DNA of 63,693 bases, filler included, from Craspedostauros australis (Eukaryota): NCBI GenBank assembly GCA_030167865.1. It is 24 parts of 24 records of this genome, joined end to end, with 100 filler letters (N's around TTAATTAATTAA, not from the genome) between each part and the next. Parts side by side here need not be neighbours in the genome. Positions count along the whole stretch, not along the records: positions 1 to 16,600 come from JALAGF010002321.1; 23 more parts are not named here. One strand, given 5' to 3'. A model generated the notes under the pieces. The model was given only the letters and a program-made list of their open reading frames with translations, did no database searches and was not told where the DNA came from. Positions 1 through 11,514 of the stretch are shown here, in pieces. Positions within the stretch are counted from its first letter, which is position 1. Each line of letters begins with the position of its first letter. A program made the translations under genes and the position numbers.

Positions 1-966
1 ATAGAATAACGCCAGGTGATCGAATAAGTTGGATGATTGAACGTCTTTGTTTGAGTGCTGTCGATCCGAGGGATGACACATAGGGCAAGGGCCATGCATT
101 GAGGCATGTGCACATTCTCTGCGCGCCGATGATGTGGTTTTGGCGCGAACCGGCCGCTCGGGATTTCTTGTTCAGGTATGAGTCCCGTATTTTAGTCAGT
201 CGTGGATTTGAGTCCACTCACAATATCGGGATCGGTGCGCAGTTGCCTCGATGCCAACAGATCTGTGATGGCAATCGTCGACACATCAACCATGTTGTTG
301 CTGTTTCTGCTGCCGTTTCTCACACCCACTCAACACCGCTGTTGTTGTTGAAGTTGTTGTTGTAGTTGAAGTTCTCGGCGTAGAGTAAACACTTGTTCAG
401 GCGTCTGAAGGAGAGAGGATCCGTTTCTGTGAGAACAAGATACGGAGTCGTGGATGATGTGAATGAAACAGATTCTACCGTTGGAAGACGTTAAATGACG
501 TCATGTTGAACTCACTCATCCGATTTCATTGGACGTGTCTGAACCAAACACGACTCAACAGCCATGCCTTTGTTCGCCAAACTTGTTCTCTTGTCCGTTT
601 TGGTGTCGCCACATCACACATTTTGAATCGGGAGATCACAGGAAATCGCAACCAGACTTGGAACAAGAACAACAACAACGCGAACGTGGCAAACTCAACA
701 ACACCACCACAAGCATCATCGCCAAATCCAATGACAATGATGCTCACCGTGCTCGCGACGCCTTCCATCCCACTTCGCGTGCACAACAATCAGGCTTCGT
801 TTCATATCGTCATACCGTATGTACATGCTCCGAGCGTGAAGGCCACCATCACATGCTCTCACAAATCCTGAAGGAAGAAGATCCGGATTTCTTTCGATTC
901 AACCACAACGGCAACCTCATTCATCCGTAGTGACAGCTACAGCGACAGCTGCGTTCCGCTTGCGAC

Positions 967-1677
967 ATGGTCAGTTCCGCCACTGCGGCTGTCCGTGATG
1001 GTGTCCTCGATAGACACCGACCAGCAGCACTGCAGCCGTACATCACAAACGAGGAATGGCAGTATCTGCGTGATGACATTGGGGATGCGTTGAAACCAAT
1101 AAAGGCCTTCGTCAGCTTACAGCGCACCATCGCGATCTCAATCTTCGTCATCATCCTGTGCATTATAGTTGGCGGAGTCTTCGCACCGATGCTGGGACTG
1201 TATCGGAACACCGACAACTACGGCAGGTCCCCGGGGCTCAACCCCATAGCATTCCTAGCGGTATTCCTTAGCATTCCATGCTTCATGCTCTTCGTGATCC
1301 TTTCAGCATGTTACCGATCCTGCTTCCTCGAACCCCGACTCACAAACAAGCTGGATGACATCATCGACAAGCACATCGATCTGATGAGAGGAGGCGTCAC
1401 TCTGCATCTACAGCCAGACGTTAACACATACAACACCATCAACAGCAATGGCCATTCGCATCGTCATAGCAGCAGGAGCCTCACTGACTATACGCTTACG
1501 GTATCCGTCAACGAAGAAGCGGCGTACAGAGGAAGCCTCAATCATGATGGTCACGATAATGACGCCAGCGACCAAGATCGGCTGCGAAATCGTTTGGAGG
1601 AGCTGGAGGATGCGAGGAAGTACCTGACTGACGAGGAATACAGGCGGAAGCGGAGCCAGATACTAGATTTGGTATGA
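967..1677 (+). CDS. Two-TM membrane protein with C-terminal SHOCT-like domain (N-terminus loosely ERF4/Golgin-A7-like)
   Basis: 236-aa ATG ORF; two hydrophobic stretches (IAISIFVIILCIIVGGVF; IAFLAVFLSIPCFMLFVIL); C-terminus RLEELEDARKYLTDEEYRRKRSQIL fits the SHOCT pattern. Confidence 0.7.
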   Translation: MVSSATAAVRDGVLDRHRPAALQPYITNEEWQYLRDDIGDALKPIKAFVSLQRTIAISIFVIILCIIVGGVFAPMLGLYRNTDNYGRSPGLNPIAFLAVFLSIPCFMLFVILSACYRSCFLEPRLTNKLDDIIDKHIDLMRGGVTLHLQPDVNTYNTINSNGHSHRHSSRSLTDYTLTVSVNEEAAYRGSLNHDGHDNDASDQDRLRNRLEELEDARKYLTDEEYRRKRSQILDLV

Positions 1678-2216
1678 GTTGGTGCGAGTCGGTATGATGG
1701 CGGCTGGTGATCGCTGCACAGCTGCATGCTGCAAGTGCTGCGTTGAGAATCCGCACAGAGCACGGGACGTGACCGACGATTATTATCGCACGCATGATCC
1801 ATCATGATAGTTGATGACGAGGCTCTGCCTGTCGATAGAGGATGGCCGCCCACGACCGTAGGATGAAAAGCGTTGATAGTACTAGGTGTACTAAACAGCC
1901 AATGGCACATAGCAGTGCGATTCATTCAATTGTACCGAAGACGTATGGGAGAATGTGACTGCAAACGGCATTGCGATGATCATCGTTCGAATGGGATACG
2001 AAGCAGTCGCCCCACTGTCTGTTGCTGGGGAGTCATCCTTTCGGCAAGAGCACTTGCGCCTACGTGGACAATTGCAGGGGCTGCACCTTCTGCATCATTG
2101 GAGAAGCGCAAAAATCTCTCACTGAACCCGAGTGCTGGGTGCATCGCTGGCCTACCACATGGTAACTGATAATGATTGCCGATCATCCCGCCTCATTCCA
2201 TCCCACCCCATCACTG

Positions 2217-3104
2217 TCAACCGCCAGAGTCAGAATCAGAGCCAGTGTCGCCAAACAGACCACTGATCCCTTCCATGCATTCGTGTACTGAACCATCATT
2301 CGATGTTGATGTCCCCACCGCACTTCCTGTTTTCATCAATGGCATTATTAATGACGATGTGGATGACGCAGACGCATCATGCCCTCTCCACATCAGTATC
2401 CCCAATCGACTTCCCTGCGGCAAACCACAAGAGCGACCTCTCGCATCGTCGATCCGTTCCACTCCATGCAACACCGACAACGAATCCATGACAAGCGCAT
2501 CGCCGCTCTGCATCGTGATGCATTCGTCGTTGCATCGGAAGACGCAGTCCGATCCGAAGGACAGGCAGCATAACCACTCGCTGCGCTGTCCTGCCTGCGT
2601 GGGCGAGTCGTAGTGCGCATTCATGGAGGCCTTGGGACCGTACAGCAGCGCAAGACCCGTCAGCGGCGTTCCTGGCATGGAGAGCGTCGTCAGCACGTCA
2701 ATGTCTTGCTGGATCCTCGCGTTTTCGTTTGCTGTCGTCGACGCTTTCCATTGATCGCATGCGGATTGCAACGCACGCTGGATGGATGATGTGGCCAATG
2801 GCAGCCGCGATCGCAGGTCCCCTCCACAAGATATCCCCAATTCAAGCCTGCAAGATGCAGTGGATTCTGCGGAATAGTCTGAAGGGGGAGAAAGAGGGAG
2901 ATCAACTCGTTGGCTGATCGCGCATGATGATGACTGTGGAGATGGCGACAATGCAGAAGGTAGTGGTGATGAGAGGTCACTTGTTCCATCCCCCTGATTT
3001 GCGCTTGACGGTTCTGCGCATCCCAAGGCCTCTGCGCACAGTGATCGTTGCTGACCTTCGTCCAAGAATGACTTGAGGACCATGTAGCGCTTTGTCTTGA
3101 CCAT
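2217..3104 (-). CDS. AlkB-like 2OG-Fe(II) dioxygenase
   Basis: 295-aa ATG ORF with LLYGPKASMNAHYD (HxD), CLSFG, SGDALVM...VLHGV (distal His) and RLGILMWR (2OG-binding Arg residues). Confidence 0.85.
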   Translation of the reverse strand: MVKTKRYMVLKSFLDEGQQRSLCAEALGCAEPSSANQGDGTSDLSSPLPSALSPSPQSSSCAISQRVDLPLSPPSDYSAESTASCRLELGISCGGDLRSRLPLATSSIQRALQSACDQWKASTTANENARIQQDIDVLTTLSMPGTPLTGLALLYGPKASMNAHYDSPTQAGQRSEWLCCLSFGSDCVFRCNDECITMQSGDALVMDSLSVLHGVERIDDARGRSCGLPQGSRLGILMWRGHDASASSTSSLIMPLMKTGSAVGTSTSNDGSVHECMEGISGLFGDTGSDSDSGG

Positions 3105-3686
3105 GGTCCACCGTCGATCTGTGTCAGTGGGGAAGTCGGCGTTGTTCTTTCGTGGGTGATGGATTTGTGCTTTGATGGGTCATCGGTGGGTGTGTGTTTG
3201 GTTGTGGGTTGTTGTACGAAAGAACAAATGATCTTGTGTGTGTGTGGTTGCGTATCACGTCCATACCGTACAACGAACAGACGGAGGCGAATGTTGGAAG
3301 ATCCGAGTTCGCCTCACAACACACAGACGCAATCAACATGGCCAGAAGAAGGCGAAGAGACACAACACATCCTCTCTCCCAGATTCATCACAAGTTGTTG
3401 TCATTGGGGATGATGGTGATGGCCATCGTATTATATGATAACTATTATACGACTGCACGTATTCCAAGCTGCCTATTCCATCGAAATGGAGTGAAGCGAG
3501 GTAGATTGTTGGATCGCTCTCATCATTCCTACTACCATACACTACTATACGACTACCATACGACTACTACACTACACCAGACCCCAGAAGCTTCGATTTC
3601 GGTGGAATTCGTTGGTGGCCATCCCAACTCTGTGCGATCGAACGAGATCGGTCCAGCGGCGGCGACAAGGACACCACACCCGCAGG

Positions 3687-4568
3687 ATGAGAGTCTCCGC
3701 ACCGCGCTGTACCTTGACAGCGTCCCTGACGTACACCTTGGGCAAGGATCTGTACATCCCGCTGACCAGCCGGTGCAACACGAGGACGTTGCCCGAAACG
3801 CGCGGTCCCAACTTCGCGCTGCCACCTCACGTGGTTTCCAGCTTGTGCACGGTGCGCGATCTGGAGACGCAGACGCAGCAATGGAAGTACTGGTGCCTCT
3901 GGCTCGACACGCAGGATGACACGACGCGGCACAAGCTGCCGCAACGCAATGCGATGACGCAAGCTGCTCGATTGCCGACGGTGCAACAGCTGCTGGACGA
4001 TGTGGAGCAGCAGGTGGGATCATCTGGCGCGGCAGGATTTCAGTCCTTTGTGATTGCTGGAGAAGGCGAGCCGACGTTGCGGATGGGTGAGCTGTTGGAG
4101 TTGACGCAATCCTTGCGTGCGACCTACACAGATGTGCCGATACGGCTGACCACGAATGGGTTGTTGTCGCGGCAATCTGGGCCCATCAATATTGGCAGCG
4201 ACATTGGTGATGACAACAATGACGGTGACAGCAACGACGGTGACAGTGGTGACAATGACGAGGAGGATATGAATGCCACCGTTCCGCAGCAGTTGCACGA
4301 TGCCGGTGTGTCTCAAGTGAGCGTTGCGTTGATGACGTCGGATGCAGACCAATACAACGAGCTGATGGAGCCGAATTGTCAACGCGGCGCCGAAGATCCT
4401 TTGCCCCATTCCAGAGTGTGCGATTTCATCTCACAATGCTTGGTCCATGGCATCGAGGTGGAGACGACGGGTGTGGATCGCCCCGATGTCAAGAAGCCTC
4501 CTGCGGAAGAATTGGCGAAATCGCTGTCAGTGATCAAGCCATTTCGGTGGCGACCCTTCTTTCCATGA
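3687..4568 (+). CDS. Homologue of TatD-associated radical SAM proteins with degenerate Fe-S motif (start uncertain; frame is open upstream of ATG 3687)
   Basis: LTYTLGKDLYIPLTSRC, FVIAGEGEPTLR, IRLTTNGL, VSVALMTSDADQYNELMEP, VCDFI...GIEVETTGV and FRWRPF follow the order of TatD-linked rSAM motifs; CX3CX2C reads C-NTR-T-LP-E. Confidence 0.75.
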   Translation: MRVSAPRCTLTASLTYTLGKDLYIPLTSRCNTRTLPETRGPNFALPPHVVSSLCTVRDLETQTQQWKYWCLWLDTQDDTTRHKLPQRNAMTQAARLPTVQQLLDDVEQQVGSSGAAGFQSFVIAGEGEPTLRMGELLELTQSLRATYTDVPIRLTTNGLLSRQSGPINIGSDIGDDNNDGDSNDGDSGDNDEEDMNATVPQQLHDAGVSQVSVALMTSDADQYNELMEPNCQRGAEDPLPHSRVCDFISQCLVHGIEVETTGVDRPDVKKPPAEELAKSLSVIKPFRWRPFFP

Positions 4569-4888
4569 GCGTTGGTGGGCGTTGGTGGGCGTTGGGAGGG
4601 TCTGTTCATGAGAATTGGGCACGGATGTGAAAGCTACAAAGCGACTCATGTAAGAAATGGATCAAATTAGCATGAAACTCTACAACTCATTTACATGTAA
4701 CACCATCCTATGCAAATGCACTGTGGTCAGAATGTGCACTGGTGGAGATCTCTTCACTCTCGTTTCACGGTGTTGCGTTGTAGGGGCAATCGGATGACTT
4801 GATTTCACATTTGCGACTCCATCTGCATACTATGCTCTTCACCTCCGTCTCTTGCCTTGTATTGTATGCATCCCATGCGTACGTCGCA

Positions 4889-5509
4889 TCATAGCATGCC
4901 CACGATGGCGTCCAGCAACTCCGGCGAATACTCAAAGAAGTGGGACCGTCCTGGCAGCAGGTGGTATTCCGTACCATCGATCAGACCCAGCCCATCTCGA
5001 ATCCGTTCCGCCTCATGCCTTCCAATGAAGGGATCGTCATCGGAATGGAATTGTTGCCACCGCTCGCTGTTCTGCCTCATGAGATCGAACAGATACGAAT
5101 TGGTCTCACTGCTGCCATCGCTGCCTCGTTGTGGATAGTATCCGGCTGCCCGCTCATGAGGATCACCCAGGTCCGAGTACGTTGCCGAAACGAGCACGAT
5201 CCCTCTAGCCTTGTACTCTTCTGCGTACCGCAATGCCGCCTGCGCGCCAGAGCTATGGCCGATCAGGATGACGTCGTCCGCGCTTCTCGTCTCATTCGCC
5301 AACGATCGGATGAAGGGAATCCACCGATCTCTTCGCGCATGCAGCGGATCGGGAAAGTCGCGGCAGACGGCAGGAATGTTGCGTTGCGTCAGCTCGTCTT
5401 CGATTTTCCCGTACCAGTTGCACTGGCGGATGTTGGAGCATCCATTTCCTGGGCAGATGATGACGGTGGGAACTGTGGTTGACTGCAGATCGTAGACCAA
5501 TGATACCAT
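4889..5509 (-). CDS. RBBP9: RBBP9/YdeN-family alpha/beta serine hydrolase
   Basis: PGNGC...NWYG, FPDP...R..WIPF, GHSSGA nucleophile elbow, DLGDPHERAAGYY, QFHSDDDPFI, GRSHF; first ATG at 5509. Confidence 0.9.
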   Translation of the reverse strand: MVSLVYDLQSTTVPTVIICPGNGCSNIRQCNWYGKIEDELTQRNIPAVCRDFPDPLHARRDRWIPFIRSLANETRSADDVILIGHSSGAQAALRYAEEYKARGIVLVSATYSDLGDPHERAAGYYPQRGSDGSSETNSYLFDLMRQNSERWQQFHSDDDPFIGRHEAERIRDGLGLIDGTEYHLLPGRSHFFEYSPELLDAIVGML

Positions 5510-8500
5510 TTCGTTTGGAACTCTTGTGAGGCCTGAGGTGAGACACAAACAAGGACTCACTAGACGCGCTGAGACGTCGCAGTGGTAATGGGCTTGCGTC
5601 GTGATTACGTCATGATTGCGTCATCGCGTCCAGTTGAAATCACGAAAACGATTGGTCGTGGTTTTCGCAGCCGTTCAAGTCGCAGCAAGGAAAGTGTCCG
5701 TGCCGACGAATAGTGCGAAGTGAATTCGTGGCACAGATTTGGATCTGGTTTTGGTTCGATTGTTCTCCTTGGTGACATCTGAATCCACACGAAGAAATGG
5801 AGCCGCCGACCTCTCTGCGGTGTGGTACACAAGAGCCAAAGATGCGGAGCGTCCCCCCACTGCAACGAAAGTGCCCCAGTCCTCGTGCTTATTGCATACG
5901 ACTAGTCGAACAAACCAGGGGCTCCGTTGTCACCTACGGCGGATTCGAGTTGAGGATTGGCGCAGCTCCATGGGAGCAGAGTGCTTGTGCACACCTTGGA
6001 TGTCTGAATGTGACCAAGACCAACATGAAGGCCTTCGGCGTTGGCCGACTACGAAGGAAAGCTCGAGCGATGACTCTTGCAGGCACATCACAGCTCCATT
6101 TCGTTGCAGTTCAACGAAAGCTAACGAAAACTATGCCTTTCCTTGACGTTGATGCATCATTCACATCGCAAATCCAAAGATGGAAAGTCGTCGTGTGGTA
6201 TGGTACGGGCACATGCTTTGCTTGTTGTGTTGCTGAGCGGTTGTGTTGGGACACATGCCTCCATGCGTACGAGTTCAACACTGACAGGTAATAGCAGTCA
6301 TTGGTGTTCGACGGCGAACGAGTACGTTTCACCTTGATTTCCGAAACCATGAGGCAAAGCAACCGTTGTTGCTGATCTTGGGGCGTTTGCATCGGTCGTC
6401 CTCGTTCGAGGTGGAGATATAATACTCACTTGGCCTGTCTCCGTGGTGCCCCTTCAAAATGCTGAAGACAGTGATAGCGGCGACCCCGCGCAGAAGGGGG
6501 ATCGTGGATATTGGTGGTGCTGAGAGACGAAAGAGAAAGCAAAGCACGCCAAGGGAGGACAAAGAACCAATGAGTCAGCTTTGCTCTCGATCTCCGTCCA
6601 GAGTTGCCTTTTAGTGAAAGGATTCGGAATCCTTTCGCGAACAGCTGGAACGACGGGATGGATGCTTTGGATCCATTGCTGACGCAGACACCTTCACCTT
6701 CACGTTCCTGGAGATGGGCGATCCAGGATCTTGTTTCGCGAGCAGGCCCTCATTGCGATCTGAGCGACACACTGTGGCAGCGCATGAGACTGCGCAGCCC
6801 GTCCGCCGCGAATAGTCGTACGAATAGAGTTTTGAAGAACATGGGCAGTCTTGGTAGAGGATGGTAGAGGATGACACAATAGTTTGACTGTGGCACCATC
6901 GGGCGCGCTGATCGTTTGAGCCGGCCACGGCCCAATTCGACGTTCCGGTTTCTTTGTACTCGTGCTTGTTCCATGAAACGTCCTCGTCCCCTTCGCGTCA
7001 AACGTCGTATTTTGGGACCGCTTTGTCAGATGTACTGCCAAAGGACAAGTCGTAGTCGGCGTTGGCAGCGAGTTTTGTGCGTCGCGAAGGGGCCTTCGGA
7101 AAGTGGAATTGGGAGTGGAATTCGGATTCGGCCGTTTCTGTGAAGGTCATTTGTGAATGGTGATCTCTCTTATGGTCAACGCATGTGTTCGTTCTTGTGT
7201 GGTTTGGTGTTGGCGAACTGACATTGGACGATCAGAGTTTCGCTTCCCCGACTGGTTGGAGGTGTTCGTCTCTCAACAAGCAGGCATGATGGGTGTGAAA
7301 ACAGCGACAAGATGTCGCATGGACTAAGTCTTCGTTTGTGTTCTGAACAGAAGAAGCGCACATCAATTGTGTTGGCGCGGGAATGGCAGTGTTCGGGAAT
7401 AGAACATCCAGGGAGTCTAGAGAGAACATGAATCGCAATCAATGGACTACGACTCGTATGTACTCCAAACAACCACAAGACATTGGACAAATACTCTACT
7501 CTGTGTATTTGCAGGCATGCATTGCAGCAGGAGAACGCTCAGAGTAGAACGCTATGGTATGCCATGCTGTGCTATGCCTTCAAGTGTTGCAAAGGCAACA
7601 GCAGCTCGACCATTGGAGTTCCGATGAAAGTTGGAGAAGAGGGCAACAAAGCCGACAGGGCCAACAAGGCGTCCATAGCTCAGAATACACGGTAACAGCA
7701 AGAGTCGTCATCATGACGCAGCCTCTTTGTCGAGGCATGCGGAACAAGAAGAGCTCGAGATCCGATGCAACATTGGGAAGAAGGCTTCCGATTTGGAACT
7801 TGTTTCGGGATCAATGTCGTGCCTGACCTGTTTCGTTGACGAAGAAAACGGGCCAAAACCGTCGAGATGGCTTCCAATTGGTTGGCGCCGGGCTCTATAG
7901 TGGCGCGCTGCCTTTGTGTATCGTGGGGAAAGACCCCACTCTTCAGCTGCGGCTTGGGGAATAGCGATACGCTCGAGTTCGATTCGAACGTGGCCTTTTC
8001 CGTACTGCGATGCTGACGACGGTGTGAAACGATACCGCCGAAACAGCGGTATCCCTTGCCGATCCTTGTGGGCCGAAGCGAGCGCTCCAGGCGGGCAATG
8101 TCCGCATTTCCGTCGCCTCTTGCCCGCAGCATCGTTTGTGTTGTCTCCCCGCGTGCGTCTTGTTTGGATCTTGTGGGCGCTGTCTGGGCAATCTTCAGCA
8201 GAAACGACCTTCGCTTTTGCTCCTTCCACTATGCTGGCGAACCGGCTGCTCGAAAGTACTTGTGAGCTCCCTGGAGTAGAGCAGCGTCGAGTACTATACT
8301 CCAGGATAATCCAGATCTCCAGCCACAGGAGGCTCGTCGCTGGTGGCGAGAGTAGAGGTGGTGATGGCTGTGAGACCAATGAGTGGAACGTAGAGCAGAG
8401 CAGAGTAGCGTGCTTCACATGTTCGTCCTCACACCAGTGCTCCACGAGGTACGGATATCTTTCACATCATCGAATCTCCTATGTTCGCGCAAATGCTTGA

Positions 8501-10683
8501 TCGACGAACGTAGATGACTGGATTGATGGCTGGGCAGAGTATCGTTGGTATCGTCCGGTTGTGCGCAACGTCCCTCTTGTGGGTTTGTGGGCCTTGGCGA
8601 CACTTTGATCAAGGACAATTGGAGCACAATACGACCAGTGCGAGCCACCATCATATAATACTTCCCAAGTCCTCTCCAATGTGCGCTTCAGCAAGCTACT
8701 CATGCAATCACAAGTGCGAGTCGAGATGCACCAGCAAGCGAGGTGTTCGTGGAATTGTGGGGCGAAGCAAACAAGTGTTTTTGGTGTGGCTATTGCACGA
8801 AGCGGATGAAAGATCCATGGATCTTCGTCTCCATTGTTGTCGTTCCCTGTTGGGTTTGGTTGTCGCTGACTCCTTCCACGGACTAGCAGGTCCTCGTCAC
8901 CGTGAGCCCGTCGCCTTTCCTTCACTCACGCGCACTGCTGTCCCTTGCGACGAAGATGGTAGTTGAGCGCCTGCGTTGCGTTGCTTTGCGTTGTTCGCGA
9001 ACATCACCCAGACACAGCGGGAAAGCCTGGAGATTATGTGAGCTGAGGCAACCGAGAAGGCAACAGCGCATCGATGCGGTGCCTTAGCGATAGGCGAATA
9101 CGGCTTTGGTGGTGGGGGTTGTCGTGATCCAATAGACGCTGGTTTCCACGATTTGTTCTGTGTCCTCCTGACCAGCACAACAAGCGTTCCCATCTCCCAA
9201 CACTTACTTAACAAAGTGGCAGCGCAAAACGTCAAGGGGAAGATACACTTAACGTAGAAAACCATTCTACCCACACAGGCTGTGCGAGGCACAGAACGAC
9301 ATTGGTGGCGCAAAAGGATTCATTGTGCACTAGCCTGGTAGTAAGCCAACGACACCAACGGTGAGCGATGACGGCAGCTGCTCGTTGCTGTTCCTGTTTG
9401 TTTGCTTGTCTGGTGGGGCGCCTCCCGCAATCCCGATGGACATGTTAGTGGTACAGTCGATAACAACCACAACGAGGAATGATGACGCAGGGTCGGACAA
9501 AGAGTTAGAATGGCTTCACAAACGACGGTAACACCGACCAAACCGATAAAAAGAAAATGGCAATACAGGGCGAAGCCAAACCACCCGTCGACGTTCCCGC
9601 GCTGGCTTTTCGTGTGACGGGTTGGTTGTATGTTTGGTGGACCTGGTTGCGCCCAGGACTACGATGCGTTTCGTCTTGGGGCGACATGTCGAGTAGAGTG
9701 GAGCAGAACAGAATGGTGGAGCAACCGGATGTTGGCTGCAAAATAGAATGTGCTTTCTCCACCTCGCACCGAGAGTATGGAATGATGCCATCTTGTTGTC
9801 GAACCGTCGTGTGCTATGCCATGATCGCCCACTCCACTCGTCCGCTATTCCCGTTGAATTTCCCTCGCTCCCTCTCTCTCTCCAGAACTAAATGACGCTG
9901 CGCTGAATTATACTCCTCTCCAGCCTGCTCTGTTGATTTCGCGAGCGATTCAGCGTCACATTCAGCAGAGCGGCAGATGTGAGTGATGCCAAGTTCGATA
10001 GATACGGTTCTTCTTCTTCTTTGTGGATCTCGTTGTTTTGGAACCTCAAAGCCTGGTGGGGATCCCGTTGATGCGATCCAGGTCATTGCAACTGCGCCGA
10101 ACGTCACGCGCATCGCGCGAGTAGCTGTTGTGCTTGTGTCATTGTTGCCAACACTCTCTAGTCGTACAGTGGAGTAGCTCCAGAAATTCACGATAAAAAC
10201 TGTGATGATTTTGTTTGCCGCTACCTGAACGATGTTATGGCCCCTTCAACATTCTTGGCCCTGTTCGCCTGGTTCAGCCCCACTCCGCCCCTCTGACACA
10301 GCGAGACGAATCTTGTCTTGCGACTTTCTCTTTGTGTGTTTCACGTACGACACACCCAACGAGAAAGCATCCGCTCGGACACCGACATAAGATGACTCGT
10401 GACAAAACGCCGACCACCGCGGTAACGAACCCAATCCGGCAACACAACCACGACAACACCACTCCGAAAAACAACAGCCACATCAACCGAAGAGGCAACG
10501 ACGACCAGATCCTCAGAGATTGCACGAGCATTGATTGATGAGGCAAACACCTCCAAACTTGTTTCCTTCTGCTCCTTCTCCACTTCGTCTCATAAATTTT
10601 GAACACCTTCACAATCACATCAGTAACAGCACCAAACACCAATTTACCAACACTCCACAAACGCACACAGCAACAATCCAAAC

Positions 10684-11514
10684 ATGACTGTCACCGTCGC
10701 ACACCTTCACAACTGCGCAGCCACATCCGCGGTCAACCAATCCAGCACGATGAGGGTCCCTTTCCACCCATCATCCGCACAGGCATCAACACCAATGATG
10801 CATCCAGCCGAACAGACCTCCCAATCCATCATGGAGATGACGCCCACCACGGCCTCCCAGAGCGATCTGGTCCTCGCCGAAGAGACCCTGCGACAGGCAC
10901 TCAACGTGCCCGTGCAATCTGCCGCACATGCCACGCAGCGAACGGCGCTGGTGGCCAAGTCCATCCACCGCCTGGCCCAGATCCACGCGCATCAAGGCAA
11001 CCACTCCGATGCCTCGCGGCTGTACAGCCAGATCCTGGTCAACTGCGCATCCATCCACAACCTTTCGCCACTCGTCCTCGCCACAGCGTGGTACGACGTC
11101 GGCCTGCTCTGCCTGGCAAGCCAGGAACCACAGAAGGCGATCGTCGCCTTCCAGCAGGCGTTCGGCGTTCCGTCCTTGATCGGATCGGCAGGAACGACGC
11201 CAGAAGACTCGACCGCCGTCCTTCATTTCGTCTCCAACGCGATGAAGCAAGTCGAGGGGTTGCTGGATTCCCTCGAGGGCAGACAGAGCGTCCTGGCCAT
11301 GATCGTCGGAAGACGCCTGCCATGGAGCATCGAGCTGGTCGGAGGATTGGAACAAAAGCAGCAGCAACAAGAACAGGTGCCGGCAACACAGGAATCGCCA
11401 TCCATGCCAAACGCATCGGCCTGCCAGATTGCGCAGCAACAAGCACGACATGAGCCACAGCACGGCGCGTACGAGATGGACAGCATGTTCAGCTGGGCGG
11501 CAGGTGCGGCTTGA
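10684..11514 (+). CDS. TPR-containing protein
   Basis: 276-aa ATG ORF; TPR-like helices SIHRLAQIHAHQGNHSDASRLYSQIL and AWYDVGLLCLASQEPQKAIVAFQQAF; ends AAGAA. Confidence 0.75.
   Translation: MTVTVAHLHNCAATSAVNQSSTMRVPFHPSSAQASTPMMHPAEQTSQSIMEMTPTTASQSDLVLAEETLRQALNVPVQSAAHATQRTALVAKSIHRLAQIHAHQGNHSDASRLYSQILVNCASIHNLSPLVLATAWYDVGLLCLASQEPQKAIVAFQQAFGVPSLIGSAGTTPEDSTAVLHFVSNAMKQVEGLLDSLEGRQSVLAMIVGRRLPWSIELVGGLEQKQQQQEQVPATQESPSMPNASACQIAQQQARHEPQHGAYEMDSMFSWAAGAA

Noticed and set aside
5600..10600. Many overlapping ORFs, including 7711-8445 (-) and 7916-8500 (+)
   Set aside because: No recognisable motifs or consistent coding frame; a spliced gene cannot be excluded but is not supportable.
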